Positions 24,415 to 37,665 are shown, numbered from the whole stretch's first letter. The stretch is DNA of 63,124 bases, filler included, from Reclinomonas americana ATCC 50394 (GCA_048213135.1; 22 parts of 22 records of this genome joined end to end with filler, not necessarily neighbours in it); one strand, 5' to 3'. A program made the numbers and translations. The notes: a model not told the origin generated them from the sequence alone.

Positions 24415-25469
24415 NNNNNNNNNNNNNNNNNNNNNNNNNNNNNNNNNNNNNNNNNNNNTTAATTAATTAANNNNNNNNNNNNNNNNNNNNNNNNNNNNNN
24501 NNNNNNNNNNNNNNGAAGAACGAGAGAGAAAAGAAACGTGAATCGCTTACCTGCTCAGTATGTGAGACACAAGAACACAGTCGGCGTAGAGGCGCCGGCG
24601 GACAGGGAGAGATCTGAATGTGATGCTGGAGCGCGCCAGTGCGAGGCACATGCACACTTCTCGTCGCCACGGCGCTCCGTCTCGCACAACGCAATAGACA
24701 GATGGTGCATGGCAGGCCTCACTCCCCTGCGACATGAGAGCGCATGTGTGAGCAAAGAAAAAAAGCAGAGCAGCCGGCACTCGTGTGGCATCACCACAAG
24801 CACACACCGATCGACAGAAAATGTGTGTGGGCATTCAAGCAGTCAAGGGACACCGCGGCAAGTGACAGGATGCCGCCCAGCCAGCACCTGCTGCAGTTGC
24901 GCATGTGGACCAGGCGAGTCGAAATGCGTCCCGCATCTGTCGCAGAAGTGGCACCATGCGTGTCAGTGCATGACGTCGACCATGTTGGTCGCCCTCCCTT
25001 CAACCTCAAATCGCAAAAACGATCTTCTTCTCTCTCTATCCACTCCTCTCACCCTCGCGTCAACTCACCCCGCACGTTTGTATCGTCGAACGCCACCAGC
25101 ATCATCAGCTGCTGCTGTGGAGGAGTGCGTGACGGTCGATCAACGCAGAGCCACCAACGGGAAGAACAAGATGCACCACATGGCGAATCCGGCGGTGGCC
25201 GACGACTGGCTCACACGAGCTCCCATTGATATCACGCCGGCTGACAAGCGACGGTCGAATGGCACCGCTCTCACACAATCATCGCCTGCAGGCGGAGAAC
25301 GAGAGAAGGTGAGTGTGGGCGCAGAAATGGGCGAAGAAGGAGGGCGTAGAGAGCGAATCGGTGAATCTGAAGCGAGAGGGAGACAGAAGAAAGCAACGGT
25401 GGCATGGCGGACAAGGGGGAGAGGGGGGGAGAGGGTTACAGAGACAGGCAGAGTACAGGCAAGAGGAGG

Positions 25470-25930
25470 ATGAAGACGGAAGGGGAGAGGGAAGATGCGA
25501 AGGAGCAGAAGAGAAGGGAGAGGCGCAAAGACGGAAGGGAGAGGGAAGATGCGAAGGAAGAGAAAGCAGAAAGCAGAAGAGAAGGGAGAGGCAGAGACAA
25601 CAACAGAGCGATGATTCAATGAGGGAGAACACGGAAGGGAAAGGGAAGACGCGAAAGAAGGGAAAGCAGAAAGAGAAGGAAGAGGCAGAGACAACAACAG
25701 AGCGATGATTCAATGAGGGAGAACACGGAAGGGAAAAGAAGAGGCGAAGGAAGAGAAAGCAAAAGAGAAGGAAGAGGCAGAGACAACAGAGCGATGATTC
25801 AACGAGGGTAAAGACGGAAGGGAAAGGCAAGACGCGAAGGAGAAGAAAGAGAAAAAGAGAGGGGCGAAGGGGGAAGAGAATGAGGAGGAAGAGATAACAG
25901 AGCGATGATTCAACAAGGGTGGAGAGGAGA
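25470..25930. repeat. Purine-rich ~90-110-nt tandem repeat
   Basis: acagagcgatgattcaa at ~25603, 25697, 25786 and 25897. Confidence 0.75.
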
Positions 25931-28269
25931 GAGAGAGAGGCGATTGCATGAACGCACAGATGCACATCCATCTGTCACTCTGACCAGAGCCAAGGATGAG
26001 AATGGAANNNNNNNNNNNNNNNNNNNNNNNNNNNNNNNNNNNNNNNNNNNNTTAATTAATTAANNNNNNNNNNNNNNNNNNNNNNNNNNNNNNNNNNNNN
26101 NNNNNNNCGCGCGAAACAATGAATGCCACTTTCACACACTCTCACACACACACTCCCACACACTCACTCACCTGGTGTGTGTGTGCAAGCAGCTGCTCAT
26201 GCACGATGTCGACAAGCGTGCCACACTCATCCTCCTCCTCATTCTCCGAGTCTCCTCGCAGAACACACACACGCGCGACGAGAGAATGTGTGCCAACGAC
26301 GAAACACGGTCACTCGCTCACTCGCTCATGCATGCACGATCACACGCAAGCCGCACCACTGATGCTTTGCTCGTGCATCAGCGCATCACACCACACAATA
26401 GAAGAAGAAGACTGAGCGGCGGAGAGAGGTGTGCGGGGGACAAACGATGCGACGTTGGACAAAGTGTGTGGGTCTCTTCTCCCTCTCCTTGCTGGTATTC
26501 ATCGCAGAGGCAGTGTGTGCAGGAGAGTGAGATTCAACGAGCTGATGCATACATTGCGCCACCACGACAGCCACCACCACAGCCACCCAGTTCGCGATGA
26601 TCGTGGTTCCCGAATCAATCGGCATTCACGCCACACTGCAGACCAAGGACAGACGCAAGCCACAGAGGAGGAGCAAGAGAGGAAGAGAGGCAGAGATGGA
26701 TGGAGCGGCGCTGTGCCGATCTCCTTGCACAGCATGAGCATCGACTGTGGCCGATGGGAGAGAGAGAGCAAGAAAGGCGACGGAGTGGAGAGTCTGCCAT
26801 CCCGCTCATTGCAGCAGAGGGGAGAAAGTGGGGAAGGGGGAAGGGGAAGGAGCTCAAGGAGAATGTTGAGAGGTTGAGAGTGGGAAGAGGAGGAGGATGG
26901 GGAGTGAGGAAAACAAACCAGCAGGAACAAGCATGCAATCACACACACGCACTCTTTCTCTCTCTCACACACACACACACATGCTGTTGCAATCGATGGC
27001 GGTTATTGAGAAGGAAGACGACAAACAGTGTGTCGCAATGCCGCGTGCGGTCTGCATGCAATACGCTCCTGTTTGACGAGCCAGGCATGATGGTGAAAGA
27101 GCTCGAGGAGAGCGAGAGTGGGGGNNNNNNNNNNNNNNNNNNNNNNNNNNNNNNNNNNNNNNNNNNNNTTAATTAATTAANNNNNNNNNNNNNNNNNNNN
27201 NNNNNNNNNNNNNNNNNNNNNNNNCGCAGCAACAACCGAGTGGTCGATGCGTCCCTCCTCCGTCGAATCCTGCCTGTCTCTCTCTCTCCATCTCGCTCAC
27301 CAACAAGAAAACACGCTCTCTCTCTCCTCGCCTCCTCTCCTCCATCCATTCTTGCTCACACACAAACACACAGGCACAGCGATCCACCACCACCACCACC
27401 GTCATTCTCACGAGTGGGAAAGGAGAAATCGGTTGAACAGTCGGACAGGTGAAATGAGGCAAAAACCGATTGCATGCCGGCCGCCCTCCTGGTGGGTGTG
27501 GGTGCGTGGCGGCGGGGGGGACACCGGTTGCTATTGATGTATGGATAGGAGGGCGGGAATTGGGCGAGGAAAAGAACTCTGCAAGAAATGGAATTGGAGA
27601 AAGGGGAAGAAAGGAAGCACGAACGGGCGGTGAGCGGTGGAAATCGAAGCAATCCGGCATGGCACCGAATGAAATGCAGCCGAGAAATCCGGCAGGGGGA
27701 TGGGTGGAAGGTGTGAGTGAGATGAATTGCACGATGGAGTCGATGGAGAGAGTGGAGAAGATGCACGGCATGCGAAACACTCACTTACAGACGCATGCAA
27801 CAAGCAACGGTGCGGAATTTAGCTGAAATGATGGCCATCGATGGAATAACAGGGCGGGAATGAGGTCAGATTTGGAAACAAAGGATGGGATCACATGGGC
27901 GGAGAGGGGAAGAAGGATTCTGCCAGGGGGAATGTGGAATTCAGATGCTGGTGAGGAGCTGCAATGGATTGACTGATGCAATTCCGATGGAAGATTGAGA
28001 AAATTATGGAGGGCGGAGGAGAGGTGGAGCAGGTCATGTGATGCAAGTATCATGTACAAGGAGAGGTGAGGAAGGGTGATACAGTAGGGAATCAAGAATT
28101 GAGATACTGGTGGGGAGATACGAGGAGAGACATTTGATTGGGCATTTCCGAATTCACATAAATCGCAGAGAGAGGGTGAAAGGAGAGGTCAAATCGATCA
28201 GTAGTTGATGGAGGAGTGGGGATGGAGAGGTGCGAGAGTGTATTCTTGGAGTGGAATGAGGAAAATAAG

Positions 28270-28905
28270 AAAGGCACGGGTGAGAATTGGGGAAAGGAGA
28301 TGAAAGGGCGAGAATTGGGAAAAGGAGAATAGAAGGCACAAGGGCGAGAATTGGGGAAAGGAGATGGGGAGAGAATAGAATGTGGAAACATATTCTTGAA
28401 GTGAAAGAAAGAATTTGGGCAATGCAAGAGGGGAATGGTGAAATCGATGCAATGACGGAAATAGCTTCAATGTAGAAGGCACAAGGGCGGGGTATTATGA
28501 ATGCAAGAGAAAAAGAGATGGGGAGAGAATAGAATGTGGAAACATATTCTTGAAGTGAAAGGAAGAATTTGGGCAATGCAAGAGGGGAATGGTGAAATCG
28601 ATGCAATGACGGAAATAGCTTCAATGCNNNNNNNNNNNNNNNNNNNNNNNNNNNNNNNNNNNNNNNNNNNNTTAATTAATTAANNNNNNNNNNNNNNNNN
28701 NNNNNNNNNNNNNNNNNNNNNNNNNNNTTGGGGAAAGGAGATGGGGAGAGAATAGAATGTGGAAACATATTCTTGGAGTGAAAGAAAGAATTTGGGCAAT
28801 GCAAGAGGGGAATGGTGAAATCGATGCAGTGAGGGAAATAGCTTCAATGTAGAAGGCACAAGGGCGGAGAATTGGGGGAAGGGCGGGGGTATTTTGAATG
28901 CAAGA
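28270..28905. repeat. ~154-nt satellite (at least 3 copies, spans a gap)
   Basis: gagatggggagagaatagaatgtggaaacatattcttg at 28361, 28515 and 28738. Confidence 0.85.
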
Positions 28906-29384
28906 GACGTGTGAATGAATAGGTGGTGTGTTTTAAAAGGGGTTGTATTTGAAAAAATTTGGGCAATTCAAGAGGGGAGTGGCCTATCGAGCGCACTTGT
29001 CTCCCTTCAAAAGCCACATGACCCCCCCTTTCCGCATCATCTTTCAAAACAAATAATAGATTACCTGCAGAAATCAAGTGACATTACTCTTCTGATCAGG
29101 GTTGGGGTATTCTGATGAAAGGAAAGGGCTCTATTCATGAAACACTGCCCAGTGAGCGCACTGTACACACACAAAACGAGCCAATGGACGCCCTATTTTT
29201 CAATCATTGTGTCGAAGGGAAAGAGAAGGAGCGAAGCAACATCCTTTTTCTTTGTCCTTTTTCATTTGAATTGAGAAGAGAGAGTCACATAAAGGAGAAG
29301 GGATTTTCTTTTTCTTTCTTTTTTGAATTGAGAAGAGAGGAGCCGGAGGCGACTCTCTTCTCTTTGAAGGAGTGAGAGACTTCA

Positions 29385-29522
29385 TTTTCTCTTTCATCAA
29401 GAAAGAGAAGAATGGAAATCAGGCTCTCTCTCACTCATCAAGAAAGAGAAGAATAGAAATCAGTCTCTCTCTCACTCATCAAGAAAGAGAAGAAAGACTG
29501 TTGTATTCGTCAGTGAAGCTTC

Positions 29523-29564
<42 letters not shown>

Positions 29565-29615
29565 TACTATTATTATAATCAGTCTCTCTCTCACTCATCA
29601 AAAAAGAGAAGAAAG
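29385..29615. repeat. ~41-nt repeat interrupted by a (TAT)n microsatellite
   Basis: ctctctctcactcatcaagaaagagaagaa x4. (TAT)n at 29523-29577. Confidence 0.85.
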
Positions 29616-29829
29616 TTTTTCTCTCAAAGAAAGCCTACGAGAGATGGAAGAAAAGAAAAAGAAGAATCGAGTCAGGAACCAGAGAAGAGAAGAGAAGAGA
29701 TGAATCATTCTCCATTTGTGAAAGAGTGAGTGAGAGAGAAAATGAAGAGAGAGAAAATAAATGACCGCCTCTCTTTTGAATCATCCTATCCTACAAACAA
29801 ATCATAGATCACCGTGGCAAATCAAAGGG

Positions 29830-30196
29830 CATTACTTTGCTGACCAGGGATGTGGGCATTCTGATGAGAGTGGGAGGCGCTATTCATGAAACTCTCTCTG
29901 CTGAGCGCACTTTTCTCGCTCAACATGCCGGACGACACCCTATTTCAACACATTCTCAAGAAACAAATGATAGGTGACCATGCTTAATTGAGTGAGATGA
30001 CTTTTCTAATCAGTGACTTTTACATTCTGATGAGAGTGGGAGGCGCTATTCATGAAACTCTCTCTGCTGAGCGCACTTTTCTCGCTCAACATGCCGGGCG
30101 ACCCCCCTATTTCAACACATTCTCAAGAGACAAATGATAGGTGACCGTGCTGGATTGAGAGAGACGACTTTTCTAATAAGAGACTTTTACATTCTG
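29830..30196. repeat. ~166-nt tandem repeat with a diverged relative at 29080-29200
   Basis: attctgatgagagtgggaggcgctattcatgaaac at 29858 and 30024, with a third start at 30191. The relative keeps ctgatga, ctattcatgaaac, gagcgcact and ccctattt. Confidence 0.85.
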
Positions 30197-30449
30197 NNNN
30201 NNNNNNNNNNNNNNNNNNNNNNNNNNNNNNNNNNNNNNNNTTAATTAATTAANNNNNNNNNNNNNNNNNNNNNNNNNNNNNNNNNNNNNNNNNNNNGCGG
30301 GGACGGGGGATAGTCACAAACGGGGCGAAAAAGCAATTGATCCATTGCCAGCCGTTGAACCGTTGACGAACATGAGTCATCGGTCAGTGTTGTCTTTGAG
30401 GCAAAAGCCGAGAACTCACAAGTCGCTTGCCTCTCTCACACAGTCGAGC

Positions 30450-30578
30450 ATGAGCGACTCGGCAAGCGACGAGGACTATCGCACAGAGGGCGACAGCGAT
30501 GGGTTCACCTTTTCGGAACCGCATTCGTCAATGTATGGCGGCAGCGTGCCACTGACCATGTCACTCGGACGGTGAGTG

Positions 30579-30620
<42 letters not shown>

Positions 30621-33600
30621 TCTGTGGACGAGGGTTGTGCGTGCGTCAGACAAAGAGGTTCTTACGGGTTGCTCTCTGTGTTTCAGTCGTGTGCCGGCAG
30701 TGGACTCTCCACGGTTTCAGGTGTACGCCAGCGCCGCACGATACGGCTTCTCTCCATCGAGTTGCGTGCGCACGCACACACACAGACACACACACATATC
30801 AGCTCTTCCACAGCAACAACGCTCACTCACACACTCCACCACACAGTCACGGCGATTCGTGAGGAAGACGACGACGACGATGCAACGTCGTTTGCGTCGC
30901 CGTCGGCGCAGAATACGTCTTCCAGTCGCGTGTGGTCGACGCCGCCTCCACGCAAGGTGTCGATGGCCACACTGACACCATCGTCGCCCAAGTCGTCGAT
31001 CTCGTTTCCGCTGGTGATCAGCTCGGTCAAGTCTCTGCTGGAGAACGCCACCTCGGAAGTGAGTTGCTCTCGTGTGGTGAATGCAGTCGCTCGGGGTCTC
31101 ATCGCTCAATGTGCGCACAGTTCCTCGAGCAAATGGAGGAGTGCAGTCGGTGGGCGATGCTGCAGTCGGAGTTTGGCTATCTGCATATGCCGGGTGTTGG
31201 TCGTGTGCCAGCTCCGGCGCCCGTGCCCATGCGGAAAGCAGCCAAAGCCGCGGCAGAGCCGACCTCGGCCGATCGTGCAGCCACGCAGAAGGCTGCCGTG
31301 GCCGCCGCAGTCAAACAGAGCGCTCGACGCCGCTCTAGTCGCTTTCCCGAGGTCAGTCGCTGTTGACATTGATGGCGTGGCTCGTCTGCTGCTGACGCAC
31401 ACAACAACCGCAGGTCAACGATATCGCAGGACTGGAGTTGCACATCAAGGAGCGTCTGAGGGCTGTCGGAGACGCACTCAGTGTGGAAATGGACCATGTG
31501 CGCGAGGCTGTCATGCAGCTGGTGAGTTGACGAATATCGAAATCTCTCTATCTCAGTTCCTTCTGAACCGCGAAATGGGGAGCAGAAAGGAGAACGTGAT
31601 CGGTGGTCCGACCTGCCTGGAGAACTCGTGCAGTTGCGAAAGACCGTAGTGGAGCAAGAGAACTCGATCGAAGCGTTGCAGAAATCGGTACGTGGACGCG
31701 CCCCCACACTTCGTCAGTCCTCAGTCTCTCACCGTATCGGTCCGCTACGCAGATAAGCACGCATCGCGAGTGGTGGGACGAACAGCGTGGTGTGTTCCTG
31801 AAAGATGCCGTGTCGGCAAAGCGCGAAATGGAGACCGTGCAGGCGGCGGCCNNNNNNNNNNNNNNNNNNNNNNNNNNNNNNNNNNNNNNNNNNNNTTAAT
31901 TAATTAANNNNNNNNNNNNNNNNNNNNNNNNNNNNNNNNNNNNNNNNNNNNAAGAGGCGGCAGGATCAAATGACACGACAGATTTTCACACTGCAACAAA
32001 AGCTCAACGAGGCTGAGCGTCGCTGCGCGCTGCTGGATCCCACGGGCGCACTGGCTGCCTCTCTTCCACCCCCGCAGCCGGTGGTGGACACGGAGAAGTT
32101 GCTGGAGAGGGAGCGACAGGAGATGCAGGAGGAGATGAGGCGACGTATCAACGAGGTTGAGCGCTCGCGCAACTCGAGCTCCGATACGATCGAGCAGCTG
32201 CAGCTGTCGCTGGAGCTGGTGACCAAGGAGAAGCAGGATTTGGAGCACGTCAACTCGGTGCTGACGCGCGAGAACGACATTATGCGTGCTCGTTACGTGG
32301 AGCAGCAGCAGCAGCAAAAGGTGCTGGAGGAGATGCAGCGAAAGCAGCTGCTGAGTCTGGAGGAGCAGCATCGGGAGGAACAGCAGCAGCTGCAACAGCA
32401 ACAGCAATCTCTGGCGCGCGATCCGTCCATTGAGTCGCCACTGCAGCCAGAGCCACCAGCGGAGGTGACGCCGAAAGCGGAGGGCGAAGAGCAGCAGGCA
32501 CAGGAGGAGCAGCAGCAGCAGTCGGAGCAGCAGCAGCATACGGATGAGGGTGCTGCGGAGCCAACGCCGTGTGCACTGTGTGCGGCGTACAAGCAGCAGA
32601 TTGCGCACATGGCCAACTCCATGGGAGCCATGGAGCTCGATCTGGAGACGTGGCGGCAACGCGAGGGACAGTGGCTTGTCGAGCGCGATTTGTACAATGA
32701 GCAGTCGCAAGAGACGTCGGCAAAACTGGAGGCTTTGTCGGACGAGATGGGCGACCTGAAGGATCGACTGGTGGAAACCGATCGTGCGCTGGGTGCGGAG
32801 CGCGAAAAGGTGGCACACGCCGAGAAGTTGATTCAACAGCAGGCGTTTGAGGTGTGTTCTGCACGTGCTGCAACTTGGTTTCTTGATCGTGCTCCTCCAC
32901 TCACGGCTGGTTTTTCGGCGCATGCAGATCACCACGCTCACACAGAGTCTGCAAGTGGCGCAGCACCAGATGCAACAACCCGTGTCAGCAGCGCACTCAC
33001 ATGTCATCGAGTCGCACGCATCGCAACGCCGAGCCTCGTTCTTCCAGTTCAATCCGTTTGGAGGCGGCGGAAGCGATGTGCGTATTATTTTGTGCATTAG
33101 CCCTTCAATGTTTCACTCATCATACCCAACATGCACAGAGTGACAACAGCGGCGGAGGATTAAACCCACTGGCAGATCCGGCAGCCAACGGACGGCGCGG
33201 AAGCATGTTTNNNNNNNNNNNNNNNNNNNNNNNNNNNNNNNNNNNNNNNNNNNNTTAATTAATTAANNNNNNNNNNNNNNNNNNNNNNNNNNNNNNNNNN
33301 NNNNNNNNNNGGACGATGATGACACGCCATCGTCGTCATCGTCGCCACCACCACCGCAGCCGCTTGTCGCTCGCACTGCGGTGGCACCACGCTCCAATCT
33401 CGCTCCCTACCTTGGAGAGGTCGACGACAGAAGCGTGCCCATGGTGGTCGATCCGAATTTCGGTGTTCCGCAACACGGCCGACGAAGCGGCAAGGACAAG
33501 GAGACCCACAAGGCGGGTTCCACCAAGGAGCGTGCACGCGCTGCTGGCGCCGTCAAGCCAGTGCAGACCACCAACACCGCGGCTGCTGTGGCGACTGCGA

Positions 33601-34774
33601 CCATTATGGCGAGCAGCAACATACCAGTCGAACGTACTGCCACGGTCTTCATAGACGCCGACTCTGCGCCACAGACCGCAACCTCGACCACCACCACTAC
33701 AGTCACCCCTAATACGGCAGTAGCGGTGGCAGCCGCGGTGGCAGCCGGCGCGGTAGCACCACAGCCGCTGGACGCAGGCAAGAATCAGTCATTACGACCA
33801 CCATCACTTGCGACCACCACCGACGACACGCAGAAACCGTCTGGCAAATCAACAAGTGCCAGGTGAGTCGCTCCACCCTTGCACCTCAGTCACCCTCCAT
33901 CTGACATTGTTTTTTTCACCGCGCAGCTCTCTTAATGCCGCCGCGCGCAATGCCACGGCCGATCCCAACTCGCTTGTCGTATGTCAGCAGGCGCCCACCA
34001 CTGGTGACGAGATTCGCCGTCGTCGACAAAAATCACGAGAGAAATCACAAGGTATGCGAAAACAGACGACGTCACAGTGACTCGTGGAAGTGTCACCGAC
34101 CAACCGCGGTTCATGCAGAAACACTCCGTGGTGGTGCCGTTGTCGACACTGCAGATCCCACACCAAGTGCACTGCCCGCCACTGTCCACACCGCGGCGGC
34201 GGCGGTGGCAGCTGGCGCCATTGCACCACCAGCGCCAGCAGCAACAATAACGACAACAACAACAACAACCGCCGTGTCGGAGGATACTGGCGATCGGGGC
34301 CAATCGCAGTCCCCTGCGTCGGCCGACGACAACCAGCCATCTCGGCCACGCACGGCAGGATCAACGGCCGCCGTCAGCGCACCGACGATTCCCCGGCTTC
34401 CGCTACCCAGTGCGTTTGAGAGTGATGCACCACTGCCACCCGCAGCGGCCGCAGCCTTCTTCGCCGGTCCGAAGCGTAAGGAGCGCCCAACAAGGCAGCC
34501 GCTGTCGAATTCGGTCCAACAGCAGGGTCCAGCGACTGCACGCGGTCGGCTGGAGAGTCGAGGCGCACCAACACCGTGGGACTCATCGGCCAGCACGGAC
34601 ACTGTTGCGCTGACGCAAAGACCACCCTCGGCCGGTGGACGAAGCGCACTCGTCACCTCACCGTTGCGGCGCACAACACCCAAGCAAGCGTTCGAAGAGG
34701 AGGACAGCGACGGCCTCGGCGACAGCGCCAGCGCGAGTGGCGTCATCGACGACTATGCGCACTTGGCGCCCTTC
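30450..34774 (+). CDS. Large multi-exon coiled-coil / low-complexity protein (one or more genes; three gaps)
   Basis: MSDSASDEDY... start with GT..AG introns. E/Q/L-rich coiled-coil exon 31952-32851. A/T/P-rich exons 33311-34774. No family recognised. Confidence 0.55.
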
Positions 34775-34874
34775 NNNNNNNNNNNNNNNNNNNNNNNNNN
34801 NNNNNNNNNNNNNNNNNNTTAATTAATTAANNNNNNNNNNNNNNNNNNNNNNNNNNNNNNNNNNNNNNNNNNNN

Positions 34875-35809
34875 TACACGAAGACACAGGTGAACAACAT
34901 GACACACAGCACACACAGACAGCCTGGCACGATGCGCAAGACATACACATAACAACAACAAAAGGTGAGAGAGACGCAACGTAGTTAGTGCGTCGTCCAC
35001 GGAATGCGCGGCGACCGCGAGGCGCTCCACGGAAACCACCTCGGAAGCCACCACGACCTCGTCCTCGGATCATGTACGACGGCACATTGGTTCGCTTGGT
35101 CGTCACCTGTACAGCGTGGCCCGTTAGCTTCTGACACACCCATACACACGAAGGAGCTGCGTGAGACCTTCAGTTGTCGTCCCTTGAAGAGCGTCTCGTC
35201 GAGCAGCAGAGCGTTGGCCACCGACTCCTTGTCGGCGAACTCAATGTACGCGAAGCTGCAAGTGCACGCATGAGCCACTCGCCGCCTTCAAACACATACG
35301 CACACGTGGGCGGACTGTACCCTTTTGGCTTGCCCGTGTACTTGTCGCACAGAATGGTGACTCGATTGATGACTCCACAGCTCTTGAAGTGCTCCTGCAG
35401 CTGCTCCGGCTTGGCGCTAAAGTCGACACCAGCCACAAACACCGAGCGCGAATCCATCTCCTCACGCTCCTCTGGCGACAACAAGCCCGCTGCTCCCTCG
35501 CCCCCCTGCATCTGCAAGCGCAACTTGGCCGACTCCTCATCGGCCAGCTGACTCAATCGTTTTTGCTCCTCCTGCGCATCACACGTAATGGTGAGGCGAT
35601 GCATGCAGGCATCCACCACAAGCACACGAGCACCAACACACACGCACCTCCATCTCTGCCATCTTTCGTCGCAAAGAGTCCAATTCCTGCTCGACAATTC
35701 CATCGTCCTCGCCCTCGCCCTCACCGCCCTCGCCCTCTCCACCCTCGCCCTCTGCGCCCTCTCCTGTCTCCTCTTCCACTTCCTCACCTTCGCCCAACAG
35801 ATCGTCCAT
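34875..35809 (-). CDS. PABPN1: Nuclear poly(A)-binding protein 2 (3' end in gap)
   Basis: Acidic N-terminus, coiled coil, RRM ([12 protein letters not shown]...[22 protein letters not shown]...[16 protein letters not shown]) and RG-rich tail. Confidence 0.92.
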
Positions 35810-36153
35810 CTCGTGCTGCACGAAAACGAGTGAGTGCGACATGCCTTGCACACGCACACACATGCCCAGAAACAGACGCACGCGCTCTCGTATCACTAGC
35901 GCGAGTGTGAAAGATGAAGTGTGCGTTGTGTGTAATGCACAGGGGCGAGTTGCACACGGAGAGAGAGAGAGAGATGGAGAGACAGAAGAGAAAGTGGCAT
36001 GCAGTGATGCACTTTGACATACCGCGCTCATCAGTGGATTTGTGCTGATCTTTCTGTCGTTGATGTGAGTAAGTGTTACGTGTGGGTGTGTCTTGGCGTT
36101 GCAAGCGATGACGGGGTCGAGACTGACAAGAGGACAACTTTGATCATCGATAT

Positions 36154-37665
36154 TCATTGCGCCTCGCTTGCTTCTGCAGCAGGAGGGCACACAGAGTAAG
36201 CAAGCAGCACGAAACATAATACAACTGCATCCTCCCCTCCCATACACAAACCTGGTGGCTCGACCGATCGGAGATACTCGGCAACTTCGGCCCTCCTCAA
36301 GCCGACGGCCTCCTCGTACGGCGTCTTGCCGTCGCGATTGCGAGCGGTGAGCAGCTCCGGCACACGCTCCACCAGGAACTTGGCGGCATTGAGCTTGCCG
36401 TACATGGCGGCAAAGTGCAGGGTGGTTTCGCCGTCGTTGTTGACCACCTTCAAGCTCTGCCCGACCTCGGGACTCGTGAGGAACTCCAGAGTGCGTACGT
36501 CGCCGACGCTGACCGCAAAGTGCACCGGCAGGCTGCCGTTGGTGAACGGCACCACCAGCAGCCGCGGATGCTCGCCGACCAGGAACCGCACCATATCGTA
36601 GTCGGCATTCTGGCACGCCATCAACAGCACCGTCCAGCCGTCCACGGAGACCACGTCCGTTGCCGAGCGATCCTCCTGCACCAAGTACTGCGCCACAGCC
36701 AGTCGCCTCTGTCCGACAGCCTCGTGAAGCGCCGTAAAGTTGACGTTGGTCGTCAGCGGCAACAACTCGCGCGAGTGCGACACCAACGCTCGTGCCACCT
36801 CCACGTGACCGCACGAGGCCGCTACATGCAACGCTGTGGCGTCGTTCGCATTCCGGCGCAGCGCGAGCGAAGGGGCGACGCGCAACAAGAACTGCACCGC
36901 TGGCAAGTTGCCGTCGGCGGCAGCAACATGCAGAGCGGTGCCATGCAGGTCGGTGAGCACGGCGTCGACCAAGTGCGAACATGCCAGGAACACAATCTCC
37001 AGCGTCTCCAACGAGCTCTGCCTCGCCGCAGTGTGCAAAACCGTCTGGTTTTTCGGTCGTCGATGCTCCACACACTGCGGGTACGTCTTGGCCAGCCACT
37101 CCACCACGTCCGGATGGTTGTTCTCCGCCGCCACATGGAGGAGCGGGCAATCGACGGCCAACTCGTCAACCACCGCGGCAACTTCGTCTGGGAAAATACG
37201 TGCCAGGTGCTGCAGGAGCGGAAGGTGGCCGGCGAACACCGCATGGGCGAGTGGGTGATTCGAGCGGTCGGGCGCGCCAGTCAGCAGCGTCGGTTCGCGT
37301 CGGATGAGCCACTCCGCAACGTCGACATAGCCATTCTGGCACGCCAAGTGCAACGCCGTGTGCGGCCCGTGGTGGGTGGAGGAAATGAGGTCCGGTCGCA
37401 CGCTGTCCAGCCACTTGACCATGTCGAGAAAGTCGACAGAGACAGCCACATGCAGCGGCAGCATTCCGTCACGAGTCACCACGCCCACCAGCTCCGGCTC
37501 GCACTCAACAATAAACTTGGCGGCCTCCAACTGACGGCACACCACGGCCAGATGCAGCACTGAGCCATCCTCTGTCACGGCATCGCGCAGCAAGTGGGGC
37601 CGAGCGTCGGCGAACACACGCAAGACGCCCACTTCGCCACCCGCCACGGCCATGTGAACGGCACT
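36154..37665 (-). CDS. Ankyrin-repeat protein (~12 repeats), 5' end in gap
   Basis: Uninterrupted ORF with repeated TALHxAA/TxLH motifs. The true 3' end may be spliced near 36250. Confidence 0.85.
   Translation of the reverse strand, partial: SAVHMAVAGGEVGVLRVFADARPHLLRDAVTEDGSVLHLAVVCRQLEAAKFIVECEPELVGVVTRDGMLPLHVAVSVDFLDMVKWLDSVRPDLISSTHHGPHTALHLACQNGYVDVAEWLIRREPTLLTGAPDRSNHPLAHAVFAGHLPLLQHLARIFPDEVAAVVDELAVDCPLLHVAAENNHPDVVEWLAKTYPQCVEHRRPKNQTVLHTAARQSSLETLEIVFLACSHLVDAVLTDLHGTALHVAAADGNLPAVQFLLRVAPSLALRRNANDATALHVAASCGHVEVARALVSHSRELLPLTTNVNFTALHEAVGQRRLAVAQYLVQEDRSATDVVSVDGWTVLLMACQNADYDMVRFLVGEHPRLLVVPFTNGSLPVHFAVSVGDVRTLEFLTSPEVGQSLKVVNNDGETTLHFAAMYGKLNAAKFLVERVPELLTARNRDGKTPYEEAVGLRRAEVAEYLRSVEPPGLCMGGEDAVVLCFVLLAYSVCPPAAEASEAQ

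Noticed and set aside
25590..29615. CRISPR-like arrays (short repeats with variable intervals)
   Set aside because: The intervals are homologous or low-complexity, there are no cas genes, and the context is eukaryotic.
29861..29910. Hammerhead ribozyme (CTGATGA...GAAAC) in the 166-nt repeat
   Set aside because: Stem II does not close directly on GAAA, there is no GUH-containing stem III partner, and the diverged copy at 29112 shows no compensatory pairing. An Infernal search would settle it.
35579..37563. Long overlapping or antisense ORFs (e.g. 35579-37150, 36415-37563; likewise 2109-3125, 31904-33097, 54271-55299)
   Set aside because: Shadows of GC-rich coding sequence in other frames, with no recognisable domains.
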